Source: an uncultured Candidatus Saccharibacteria bacterium
GTDB taxonomy: Bacteria > Patescibacteriota > Saccharimonadia > Saccharimonadales > Saccharimonadaceae
Reading direction: 5' to 3'
NCBI GenBank assembly: GCA_963547505.1
Contig: CAUUQV010000001.1
Coordinates: 4,310 to 68,309 of the forward strand
DNA: 64,000 nucleotides
Shown here: positions 18,160-27,239 of the stretch, piece after piece
Position numbering within the stretch: position 1 is the first letter of the stretch
How the letters are laid out: each line of letters begins with the position of its first letter
Notes under the pieces: generated by a model
Database searches by the model: none
The model's input: the letters and a program-made list of their open reading frames with translations, nothing else
Told to the model about the DNA's origin: nothing
Program-made: the position numbers and the translations under genes

Positions 18160-19176
18160 TCATCTAATACACTTTTTATCATCACAATAAATGACAACCT
18201 TAGCACTATCATCTTCCGCCATGATGTGACAGTAGCCACCGACCGGATAAGTGAACTTTGGGTCGGTATGGCCAAAGTCGAGACCGGCAATTATCGGAAT
18301 GCTTGGGTTAATGTTCTTAGAGAGAATAATATCACCAACCACATCTTCCGTCGCTTGAGACTTACCCTGGAAACGACCGATCAAGATTGCTCTGACTTGG
18401 TGAAAATACGGCTGTTGCATCAGAGATTGAACATTTCGTTCAAATGTTTCAGGGATCGAGTCGTAACTATCATCTTCTATGCATAAGATGATATTACCTT
18501 TAATTTTCGGGAAATACTCTGTACCATTTAGTAAGTTCAGACTACAGAGATTACCACCAATCATCGTTCCTATAGCCGACCCACCTTGTACAATACGTGG
18601 TCCACTATTTTTCCATATTAGTTGTGGCAAACTTTCGTCGTTATTCCAAGAAAAATCACACCAACGTTTTGTTGGCTGAACTTCATAAGAATCAGGGTAG
18701 TCTGTCAGTAAGCACCGCTGGAAATATTTCAATGAATAGTCAGACTCCAGCGGCAGACCAAAACAATAGAAATTTGGCGTTGCATAAGTTATTAACCCGG
18801 TTTTTGCCAGAATCGCATGATTTAAGATAGTAATATCAGAGAACCCACCAAAGATCTTTGGGTTGTCCTTAATAATTTGCCAGTTGATTTTATTGAGCAA
18901 CTGATTTGAATTGAAGCCACCAATAGCCGCTAAGATACACTTTACATTACTATCAGTAAATGCTTCTTCTAAATCTTTGACCTTTTCTTCGTCCATCGGG
19001 CAACCCCGCTGATTTTGCGAGAAAGCATTGTCACTAAATGTAACTTTTAGTCCAATTGACTCTAGTGTTGACTGAGCTCGCCGTAGAGTCACCTTACTAA
19101 TATCACTCGCTGAGCGTGCGGGTGCAACTATCCTTACTTCGTCGCCTGGTTTTAATTTATCCGGTATCATATACAT
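18160..19176 (-). CDS. Peptidase S66 family (LD-carboxypeptidase / MccF-like)
   Basis: KLKPGDEVRIVAPA, IGGFNSNQLL, GFSDIT (Ser), GGNL, IED (Glu), DFGHTDP (His). Confidence 0.9.
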   Translation of the reverse strand: MYMIPDKLKPGDEVRIVAPARSASDISKVTLRRAQSTLESIGLKVTFSDNAFSQNQRGCPMDEEKVKDLEEAFTDSNVKCILAAIGGFNSNQLLNKINWQIIKDNPKIFGGFSDITILNHAILAKTGLITYATPNFYCFGLPLESDYSLKYFQRCLLTDYPDSYEVQPTKRWCDFSWNNDESLPQLIWKNSGPRIVQGGSAIGTMIGGNLCSLNLLNGTEYFPKIKGNIILCIEDDSYDSIPETFERNVQSLMQQPYFHQVRAILIGRFQGKSQATEDVVGDIILSKNINPSIPIIAGLDFGHTDPKFTYPVGGYCHIMAEDDSAKVVIYCDDKKCIR

Positions 19177-19200
19177 TTCCTTCCTTGAATCTCACCAATT

Positions 19201-19221
19201 AAAAAGCCTCCCGCAGGAGGC
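19201..19221 (-). terminator. Attenuator terminator (3:4 hairpin) upstream of the S66 gene
   Basis: GCCTCC-TGCG-GGAGGC-TTTTT on the minus strand. Confidence 0.85.
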
Positions 19222-19245
19222 AAAGTAGCAACAATAAACTCCTGC

Positions 19246-19290
19246 TTAATTACGGGAGTGGTGATGATGCTGTAGGAATAATCTCGTCAT
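19246..19290 (-). CDS. His-rich leader peptide MTRLFLQHHHHSRN
   Basis: 14 codons with tandem CAT CAT CAC CAC; ATG lies 6 nt after TGATATAAT (19305-19297); followed by alternative stems and a terminator. Confidence 0.85.
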   Translation of the reverse strand: MTRLFLQHHHHSRN

Positions 19291-19410
19291 ATAGTTATTA
19301 TATCAGACCCATCATAGTTAGATGGGAGTAGATGGCGACCTCGCTTGACATAACCACATTGGGTTAGATGGTAAAACACCTCATAACTCTTATGCTAAAA
19401 TATATCCAGT

Positions 19411-20016
19411 ATGTTAGTTGGGATTAATCATCTGATTGGGGCACCGGTGATGAGTCTGCAGACCGGGCAGCCCCTAGCCCGTCTTGATAGCCCGATCATC
19501 AACCCCCGCAATCTACGGATCGTTGCCTTCTACGTCAGTGGTCCGAAAGTAGATTTCAAGCCGGCCGTAGTCTTCACCGACGATATCCGAGAGTTTGGCG
19601 AGATCGGCGCCATCGTTGATTCGTCAGACAATGTCCTGTCGCCTGAGGGGATGGTACGCCTGCTGGAAGTGATCAATTATAATTTTCTCCTCACAGGGCT
19701 ACCCGTGTCAGACGATCATCATCAGAAGATAGGCAAAGTAGATAGCTTTACCGTCGACCCGGTTAATTTTATGATTCGCCAACTCTACGTCAAGCCGACC
19801 CTATTACAAAGGTTCTTGGTGGCTAATGTAGTGATTAACCGCCAGCAAATAATCAAGATTGAGCCAAAGCGAATTATCGTCAAGGCTCCCACAGTCCAAC
19901 AGAAACAAGCTTCGCCCGGTGGCGATGGTTCACACTTCCTCGACCCCAAGCTGGACAATCCCTTCCGCAAGAAACCGACTCCCAGCCCGAGCCAAGTCAG
20001 GTCGGATGACAACTAG
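19411..20016 (+). CDS. PRC-barrel domain protein
   Basis: Two PRC-like repeats (LIGAPVMSLQTGQPLA; LTGLPVSDDHHQKIGKVDSF). Confidence 0.7.
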   Translation: MLVGINHLIGAPVMSLQTGQPLARLDSPIINPRNLRIVAFYVSGPKVDFKPAVVFTDDIREFGEIGAIVDSSDNVLSPEGMVRLLEVINYNFLLTGLPVSDDHHQKIGKVDSFTVDPVNFMIRQLYVKPTLLQRFLVANVVINRQQIIKIEPKRIIVKAPTVQQKQASPGGDGSHFLDPKLDNPFRKKPTPSPSQVRSDDN

Positions 20017-20039
20017 CTAATCTCTGCTACAATATAGCC

Positions 20040-20909
20040 ATGGATGAGATGATTGCTCACTATGCGCATAGCTTGATCAAGTGGTTTAATGATCTAAACT
20101 CGGTTCAGATCCTAGTGACAATTGTCGTCGCTTATCTGTTATGTAAAGCAACTCGACCTCTGGCTCACACCATCATCAACCGCTTCGTCAAGGCGCAGCG
20201 ATATGAAACAAATCTAAATAAGATCGAGCGACAGAAACGAGCCAAGACTTTAGCCGATCTCTTCTCTTTTATCATCAAGCTAATGATCATTCTGACGGCT
20301 ATCTACACCGTCTTAACTGATATAGGGATCAACCTGGCGCCGGTCATCGCTTCAGCCGGAGTGATCGGCGTAGCACTCGGCTTTGGTGCTCAGGCGGTCG
20401 TCAAAGATATGCTGGCCGGATTCCTGATCGTACTGGAGAATCAGTACCGGGTTGACGATGTAGTGCGCCTGTCCGGGGTCGGCTTCCCCAGCATTCCGGT
20501 CGAGGGAACGGTTCGCTCCATCACCCTACGCAAGACTACTCTGAGGGATCGGGACGGCAATGTTCACATCGTCCCCAACGGCTCTATCACCGAGGTCATT
20601 AACCGCACTTTAGGCTACTCTAAGTTTCGTTTCACCTTTGCCGTCGATGTCGGCACTAATGTTGACGATATTATCAAAGTGGTTAATCAGACAGGAGAGG
20701 ACATGGCTCGTGATCGCACCTGGAGTAAAGCTATCGTCGACGCCCCGCATTACGACGAGTTCGGTACGATTGGTAAAGAAGGTATCAATGTGACCGTTAG
20801 CGGCACTACCATGCCCGGCTACCAGTGGAAGGTTAGTGCTGAATTTCGCAAGCGCCTAGTCTCTAATCTGCAGAAGTCCGATATCTCGATCGCCGACCTT
20901 GAGGGATGA
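20040..20909 (+). CDS. Small-conductance mechanosensitive channel (MscS family)
   Basis: AGVIGVALGFGAQAVVKDMLAG, GNVHIVPNG. Confidence 0.9.
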   Translation: MDEMIAHYAHSLIKWFNDLNSVQILVTIVVAYLLCKATRPLAHTIINRFVKAQRYETNLNKIERQKRAKTLADLFSFIIKLMIILTAIYTVLTDIGINLAPVIASAGVIGVALGFGAQAVVKDMLAGFLIVLENQYRVDDVVRLSGVGFPSIPVEGTVRSITLRKTTLRDRDGNVHIVPNGSITEVINRTLGYSKFRFTFAVDVGTNVDDIIKVVNQTGEDMARDRTWSKAIVDAPHYDEFGTIGKEGINVTVSGTTMPGYQWKVSAEFRKRLVSNLQKSDISIADLEG

Positions 20910-21586
20910 TGAATATCGACTCCTCCCTAGAGCCCGACAATTACATCATCACTAGGAAGCGTAAACTGTATAAGTTCGCCTCTTTTGCGAGACTGGCTAA
21001 TTGTTATAGCGAGACCGAGTGGCAGGAAGCCAAGCAGTCTATCCTGCACAACTCGCTACCGCTCACCCTGGAGGTTGGTGCCGGCGATGGACTATTTCTG
21101 ACTAAGCTTGCCGAGGCTCATCCCGAACGGCAGTTTATCGCTCTAGACCGTAAGAGCGATCGGTTATACCGTGGCGCTAAGTTAGCAAGTGAGTCAAAGC
21201 TTACTAATATCCTCTATCTCTGGTCAAATGCCGACAATCTCCGACGCCTCCTGCCCGATCGGCTGATCCAAACAATCTGGCTAACCTTTCCTGACCCCTG
21301 GCCACAAGAATCAAATATCAAACATCGCCTGACTAATCGGCAGCACCTCCTCAGCTATCATCAGCTACTGGCACCTAACGGTCAGATCAAGCTGAAGACC
21401 GATAACGACAACTTATTTGACTGGTCAATTCAGCAGTTTACTACGGAAAAGTGGCAGATTGACCGGATAAGTCATGATCTATACGGCGACGAAATAGCCG
21501 GTGACGCTACCGTCAAGACCACTTACGAAGAACGCTATCTGGCCGAAGGTAAGAAGATTAATTACCTAGCTGCCGGTAAAATCTAA
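20906..21586 (+). CDS. trmB: tRNA (guanine-N7)-methyltransferase
   Basis: LEVGAGDG, TFPDPWP, HRLT, KTD, TTYE. Confidence 0.92.
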   Translation: MMNIDSSLEPDNYIITRKRKLYKFASFARLANCYSETEWQEAKQSILHNSLPLTLEVGAGDGLFLTKLAEAHPERQFIALDRKSDRLYRGAKLASESKLTNILYLWSNADNLRRLLPDRLIQTIWLTFPDPWPQESNIKHRLTNRQHLLSYHQLLAPNGQIKLKTDNDNLFDWSIQQFTTEKWQIDRISHDLYGDEIAGDATVKTTYEERYLAEGKKINYLAAGKI

Positions 21587-23229
21587 CGGCTACCGGTAGT
21601 AGCCGAGCCGGCACCATAAACGATGACGAAGTCTGACTTGGTATGATAACCGGCTAGACCGCCCTGAACCGGCTCAACATTATATTTATGCTTGAGCGCT
21701 TCGGCTGTCTTGACCATAGCGCTATTCAGCTGATAAATCGTCACCGCCGGTGTAGCTAGAGTCGGCGCATTAGAGATTACCCCGACAGTATAGCCATCAG
21801 TCTTTAGCCCGGCTGCCTTACCGGCTGCTAAGCCTTCTTGCCCCGAGCCATTCAGCACATCTATCACTGCGCCCTCCCGTACTACCGGATTCTTGCTGAG
21901 ATTCTTAGCGATATAGGCTTGGATCACCGAGTAGTCGAATACACCAGCCACCGGCACCTCACCAACGTAAGTTCCGCCACTGGAGTAAGATTGAATTAGA
22001 TCCTCACCACCATCTTGCCGTCCAACGAAGGGTAGCTGCTTGATCTCGGCTAGCTTAAGCTTCGAGGCGACGCCGATAAGTGTCTGGACATGGCTGGTGT
22101 CAAAGCTGGAGATCAGATTGTCACCCATACTATTAATCAAGCCATTCACCGAGGTGGGATTAAGGATCGTCCCCACCGCCAGAGCCTTCTGCTGTAAGGC
22201 GGCTAGGATCTTTTGTTGATTCTTTTCTCGGTCATAGTTACTACCGGCCAAGCCATAGTCACCCGGGTTGTGATTGCGGGCTCGAGCCAGAGCCAGAGCC
22301 TTTTCACCGTCCAGGTGAGCAATCTCACCATTAGCAAAACGTAGTTTCGTCCCCGAGTCATAGATACCTCGTCGGTCAGTACTCTCAATCTTGACATCTA
22401 CTCCGCCAACCGCATTAACTGACTGAACTAGCGCCGTCCAGTCGGCATGCATATAGTAATGGACGTTTAGCCCTAAGATCTCGCTGACCTTGCTCATCAG
22501 TGCCTGCGCCCCGGCTTTCTCATCCTTATTCTTAGTATAAGCACAGTAAAAGACCTCGTTTAGCTTGCCCGAGGTACGACCGAGAGCCGGGCATTTATAC
22601 TTGACATATAGGTCTCGGGGTAGGCTGATCATATAAGCGTTATTCTTATCTTGGTCGATAGATACCAGCATGATCGAATCGGTCAGCATGGCTCCGTCCC
22701 AAGCGTTCTCGCTCATCGAGTAACCCGAGGTACCGAAGATCAGAATGTTGGTTCGACCGTTTTTATCTTCGGCTAAGCGAGCTTTATTAGTAAAGATGGC
22801 TAGGGGATTACCCTTAAAGATCTTACCGCTGGCCAGCAGTGCTTTTACCCCTAAGTAACCGGCTATCCCCAAGAGGACAATGATGATAATGATGACGATT
22901 CTCTTGATTATCTTACCCTTGGATAAGTGGCGCTTCGGCTTAAGCTTGGGCTGATCCGGCATTTGACGCTGACGACGTCTGGTCGGAGGTGCCGGTGTCT
23001 CGTCAGCGAGGTCTAGGTCGCCAATTTGTGACAGAGAATCCTCAATGTCACTCAGTAGCTTGTCTTCCGGTGTCATCACCGGACGACGATTAGGCACCCG
23101 ACGAGGGGTAGCAACACCAGTAGTAGAAGCCTTAGAAATCGGCTTCTTGACCGGTTGACTAATCGGTCGAGGTCGTACCACGAACCCATCGATAGACTTA
23201 ACTCGCTTTACCATACTTAACTCTAGCAT
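21583..23229 (-). CDS. LCP (LytR-CpsA-Psr) family glycopolymer transferase with LytR C-terminal domain
   Basis: TNILIFG, TDSIML, SLPRDL, VNAVGGVDV, ALALARAR, VLNGSG. Confidence 0.9.
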   Translation of the reverse strand: MLELSMVKRVKSIDGFVVRPRPISQPVKKPISKASTTGVATPRRVPNRRPVMTPEDKLLSDIEDSLSQIGDLDLADETPAPPTRRRQRQMPDQPKLKPKRHLSKGKIIKRIVIIIIIVLLGIAGYLGVKALLASGKIFKGNPLAIFTNKARLAEDKNGRTNILIFGTSGYSMSENAWDGAMLTDSIMLVSIDQDKNNAYMISLPRDLYVKYKCPALGRTSGKLNEVFYCAYTKNKDEKAGAQALMSKVSEILGLNVHYYMHADWTALVQSVNAVGGVDVKIESTDRRGIYDSGTKLRFANGEIAHLDGEKALALARARNHNPGDYGLAGSNYDREKNQQKILAALQQKALAVGTILNPTSVNGLINSMGDNLISSFDTSHVQTLIGVASKLKLAEIKQLPFVGRQDGGEDLIQSYSSGGTYVGEVPVAGVFDYSVIQAYIAKNLSKNPVVREGAVIDVLNGSGQEGLAAGKAAGLKTDGYTVGVISNAPTLATPAVTIYQLNSAMVKTAEALKHKYNVEPVQGGLAGYHTKSDFVIVYGAGSATTGSR

Positions 23230-23283
23230 TTTAGCAAACTAGTCACCACTAGTGCAACGCTATATGTGGTATGATGTATAGGT

Positions 23284-24699
23284 ATGAGAGGCAGATCGTC
23301 ATTTGTCTTCACTATCTTACTTATGATCGGCGACGCCTTAGCTGTAGTCAGCGCCTATAGTATCGCTTTTATCCTCCGAGTTAAGATCAGTGGCACACCC
23401 ATTCACAACTCCATCCCCGCTAACACTTATCTCCAATCTCTCCTTCTATTAGTTCCCTTTATCATCATAATTTTCAGTGTGATCGGTCTCTATCAGACTA
23501 GCCAACGTCGTACCGCCAGCTCAACCGTTGGGCGCCTACTGCTGGGGGCATTCCTAGCTATGATCTTCATGGTCTTCATCGACTATTTTTATGCTGAGCA
23601 TGTCTTCCCGGCTAAGAAAGTCCCCCTCTATGGTTTAGCGATATCCATCGTCCTCTTGGGGCTAGTGCGGGGATTGCTCTACTTGGGACGCTATCTACGC
23701 AACCGCAGCAACATTGGGCTACCTAATGTCTTAATCGTTGGCGACAATGAAACAGCGAAATTGCTGGTGAGAGATATTAAGCGACCGGGTAGCAGCTATC
23801 ACCTGCAAGGTGTCGTCGGTGATGGACGATTAAAGTGGACTAATTACAAGACTTTCGATGAGGCGGTGGCCAACTTCCTGCCTAATATCATCATCCAGGT
23901 CACTACCACTGAGAAACCTAAGGTTGACAGCAAGATTCTGGCTTTTGCTCAGAAGCATTACATCGACTTTATGTTTGTCCCCAGTGATGTCAACGATTTA
24001 TCAGACCACCTGGAGACTGAGTTATTTATGGGTGATATCCCAGTCATGATCGTCGAGCCTACTCGTCTGATCGGTTGGGGGCGTATCATCAAGCGGCTAT
24101 TTGATATCGTCGCCAGCTTCTTCGCCATCATCATCTTGTCACCGGTTTTTCTCTTGGTCTTCATTGCCGAAAAGCTAACTGACCACAAGGTTAGCGCCAT
24201 CTTTCATCAGGTGAGGTTAACTAGAGGCGACCAGCTTTTCACTCTCTATAAGTTCCGGACTCAGTATGCCAAGTATGACGGCACCACTCCCGAGCAGGCC
24301 TTCAAGCGAATGGGGAAGCCCGAGCTAATCGAGAAATATCGGGCTAATGGTGACTTCCTTGATGACGACCCTAGGGTTACCCCGATCGGTCGTTACCTAC
24401 GTCGTTTTTCCCTAGACGAATTGCCTCAGCTCTTCAATGTGCTGAAGGGCGATATATCACTGGTTGGACCCCGAGCCTTGATCCCCCAGGAGCTAAACAG
24501 ATACGAGCAGAAGCACAAGATCCTCAATGTAAAGTCCGGTATCACCGGATTAGCTCAGATATCCGGTCGACGAGATTTACCTTGGGAGCAACGACGGAAG
24601 CTGGATATTTATTACGTACAGAATTGGAGCTTCGGACTGGATATCCAGATTTTATTCAAGACCGTCCGGCAAGTTTTTACCAGCCGGGGCGCCGTCTAG
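23284..24699 (+). CDS. Priming polyprenyl-phosphate sugar transferase (WcaJ/CpsE family)
   Basis: KRLFDI, KFRT, DPRVT, SLDELPQLFNVLKGDISLVGPR, GITGLAQ. Confidence 0.92.
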   Translation: MRGRSSFVFTILLMIGDALAVVSAYSIAFILRVKISGTPIHNSIPANTYLQSLLLLVPFIIIIFSVIGLYQTSQRRTASSTVGRLLLGAFLAMIFMVFIDYFYAEHVFPAKKVPLYGLAISIVLLGLVRGLLYLGRYLRNRSNIGLPNVLIVGDNETAKLLVRDIKRPGSSYHLQGVVGDGRLKWTNYKTFDEAVANFLPNIIIQVTTTEKPKVDSKILAFAQKHYIDFMFVPSDVNDLSDHLETELFMGDIPVMIVEPTRLIGWGRIIKRLFDIVASFFAIIILSPVFLLVFIAEKLTDHKVSAIFHQVRLTRGDQLFTLYKFRTQYAKYDGTTPEQAFKRMGKPELIEKYRANGDFLDDDPRVTPIGRYLRRFSLDELPQLFNVLKGDISLVGPRALIPQELNRYEQKHKILNVKSGITGLAQISGRRDLPWEQRRKLDIYYVQNWSFGLDIQILFKTVRQVFTSRGAV

Positions 24700-26082
24700 T
24701 AGTTTAGCGCTTAGCAGCGCTAGCACCAGATAGATATGTAGGGCATTAGGCAACCCGCTAAAGAAGCACCACTGCACCAGGTAAGCAACCAAGATAACTA
24801 GTGCTAAATGATCTCGTCGCCGAGAGCATAACCTCCCATATAGCACCACTAGTCCGCCTAGTAAAGCTAGACCGATCAACCCTCGCTCTAACAAGACTTC
24901 GACAAATTCATTTTGGACTATCTCCTTCTGGTACCGACTTCCCGTCTGCCGAGCTAAGACTATCCCGGCTGAACCCAGTCCGGTGCCAAAAAGTTGCTGA
25001 CCGAGCTGGTTAGACCGCCAAGCAGCCAGGGCAGTCTTCGTCAGGCTTAGTCGCACGTTAGTCGACTCAGCAACGTAGCCATGATAAGCCGGCTGTTTAT
25101 CGTGCTCTTGAGAAATTAACGGCGGGGAAGTCGGCGATTTCTGCTGATAGGGGAGTCGGACGATTCCCATTGATAGATGATTCAGACTAGTCGATACCGC
25201 CTGAGTAAAGCTACTGTCGATCCGTGGATTAGCACTAGCTAGAACACCTTGACAGACCAGGCAGACCACTAGAGATAAGGCGGTCAGCCCTACTACCACC
25301 AGCTGACGACGCCACTTTCTAATTAACAAGATCATCACTACCAGGCTAGCCAGATAAGCATAGATTGCCCCTCGGGATAATGTCAACCATAAAGTGGTTA
25401 GCATCAATACTAACAGTAATGGTTGTTTAGTATAGCTATGCTTCCCCTGTAAGGTTAGATAAGTAATATAGAGAAGTGGCGCCAACAGCAAGCTACCTAA
25501 GAACTGTGGCTCGATCGCCAGTAGATTTGGCCTGATGAAGCCAAACTGTCCCACCACACAGCCGGCACACAACCCGAGGCTATGGCGATTAGTGATGACA
25601 AATGTCCCTAAGACCATCTGGGTAATCGCCAAGAGGCAGGCCGAAATCGTCGCCCAGATAGCTACTCTCACTAGCTTTGGTAATAGCTGGCACAGCAGAC
25701 GACGCTCAGCCACTAACGCCAAGAAGACCAAATACAGCACGGCATACACAGCAAAAGTCAGCAGACCCCTAGTGCGATTGTCTGACCAGATTACGCATAA
25801 ACCTGACCAGCCAACAAAGGCACTAGCTAGCCGGACCAGCCCCGACTGCCTCAGCTCTGACCAGCGATACCAAACTCTCGGCAACCCGACAATTGCTAAT
25901 ATCACAACATAGATCAGCGTCAGCGACAGCTCGTAGTTCATCGTACCATCTTCCGCCAGACTAATCCGTGGTAAATAAGAAAACCAGATCATAATTGGCG
26001 CCATGAGCCAGAGCCGTTCCAATAGTGACAAGCGTCGAGATGTCTTGAATTTGCTTAAGATTAATCTTGATTTACTAGTCAC
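24652..26082 (-). CDS. O-antigen ligase/polymerase-like membrane protein
   Basis: Multi-TM; TLSRGA, FGTGLG, QNEFVEVLLERGLIG. Confidence 0.7.
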   Translation of the reverse strand: MTSKSRLILSKFKTSRRLSLLERLWLMAPIMIWFSYLPRISLAEDGTMNYELSLTLIYVVILAIVGLPRVWYRWSELRQSGLVRLASAFVGWSGLCVIWSDNRTRGLLTFAVYAVLYLVFLALVAERRLLCQLLPKLVRVAIWATISACLLAITQMVLGTFVITNRHSLGLCAGCVVGQFGFIRPNLLAIEPQFLGSLLLAPLLYITYLTLQGKHSYTKQPLLLVLMLTTLWLTLSRGAIYAYLASLVVMILLIRKWRRQLVVVGLTALSLVVCLVCQGVLASANPRIDSSFTQAVSTSLNHLSMGIVRLPYQQKSPTSPPLISQEHDKQPAYHGYVAESTNVRLSLTKTALAAWRSNQLGQQLFGTGLGSAGIVLARQTGSRYQKEIVQNEFVEVLLERGLIGLALLGGLVVLYGRLCSRRRDHLALVILVAYLVQWCFFSGLPNALHIYLVLALLSAKLLDGAPAGKNLPDGLE

Positions 26083-27239
26083 TGCTCTATTATCTGCTTA
26101 ATATTCTTCTGAAAATGATCTGCCGAAAAGCGTTCAGCTGATTTAACTACTTGGTCATGCCTAAATTGTGCGACGTTAAATCTTTTTATTCCCTCCGCCA
26201 AGCTATTGACCTTTTGTTCCGGGAAAAATAACCCATTCACTCCGTCTCTAATGATGTCAGCCGACCCGCCACGCCGGAATGCCAGTACCGGCAACCCGCT
26301 CGCCAATGCCTCGACCGGTACGATGCCGAAAGGCTCTAGGCTGGGGAAAATCAGTCCTTTAGCTGACCGATAATATTTAACTATCTCTCCCACCCCATCA
26401 TACTTAGGTAGGAACTTGATCTGTGAGTTGTTCCCCGCCAGTTTCACCAGTGAATTGTGTTCCGGTCCACTACCGATCACCAGTAAGTTCTCTCCGGTTT
26501 TCAGGCAAGCCTGGATAGCTAAGTCAAATCTCTTCCAGTTCACCTGCCGACCGGCTACGACATAGAAGTCTCCCCCCTTAAATAGCTCTTGGCGAATCCG
26601 ACAGATATCCTTCGCTTTTACTTGTTGACTAGCTAGCTTGATCTGGTCTACTTGAGCCAGAGGAAACAATACTTGACTAGGTCGACCATAGTAACGTTTG
26701 ATCTCATCCGCCACATAGTGTGAATTAGCCAGTAAAGTATCGGGGCGCTGAGCCGCTCGCCAGTCCGAGCGACGCATCGGCTTGACTAGCAACTTCAGTC
26801 CAAGACGAGCTAGCCAATTCAGCTTACCGAAGCCGGGATTAGCAATATATTGATCATACATACCCCAGTAATATTGAGTCGGCGGACCCTGCAGATAGGC
26901 AATATGACGAGTACCGCTCGCCACCTTGATACCTTTACATTCAGCATTGCAAACTGAGATAACGATATCATAGCCAGTCAGACGTAAGTGACTAAAGTAG
27001 TGCGCCCGCAAAGGAGCGATGAATTTACGTAGAGCTCTAGGCAGGATATTTAACCAGCCCGTAATCACTCGTTTACCTTGAAACTTAGTGGCCGAGCGAG
27101 GACGGTACTGCGAAGTATAGATCGGTGCCTCAGGAAAAATCTTAGTTAGCTCTAAAAGTACTTGTTCCGCCCCGCCGATCTCTGTCAACCAATCACAGAC
27201 CAGGGCTATGCGGGGATGATTATCAGTCTCACTAGACAT
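26079..27239 (-). CDS. Glycosyltransferase family 4
   Basis: DWLTEIGGAEQV, EPFGIVPVEALASG. Confidence 0.9.
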   Translation of the reverse strand: MSSETDNHPRIALVCDWLTEIGGAEQVLLELTKIFPEAPIYTSQYRPRSATKFQGKRVITGWLNILPRALRKFIAPLRAHYFSHLRLTGYDIVISVCNAECKGIKVASGTRHIAYLQGPPTQYYWGMYDQYIANPGFGKLNWLARLGLKLLVKPMRRSDWRAAQRPDTLLANSHYVADEIKRYYGRPSQVLFPLAQVDQIKLASQQVKAKDICRIRQELFKGGDFYVVAGRQVNWKRFDLAIQACLKTGENLLVIGSGPEHNSLVKLAGNNSQIKFLPKYDGVGEIVKYYRSAKGLIFPSLEPFGIVPVEALASGLPVLAFRRGGSADIIRDGVNGLFFPEQKVNSLAEGIKRFNVAQFRHDQVVKSAERFSADHFQKNIKQIIEQ

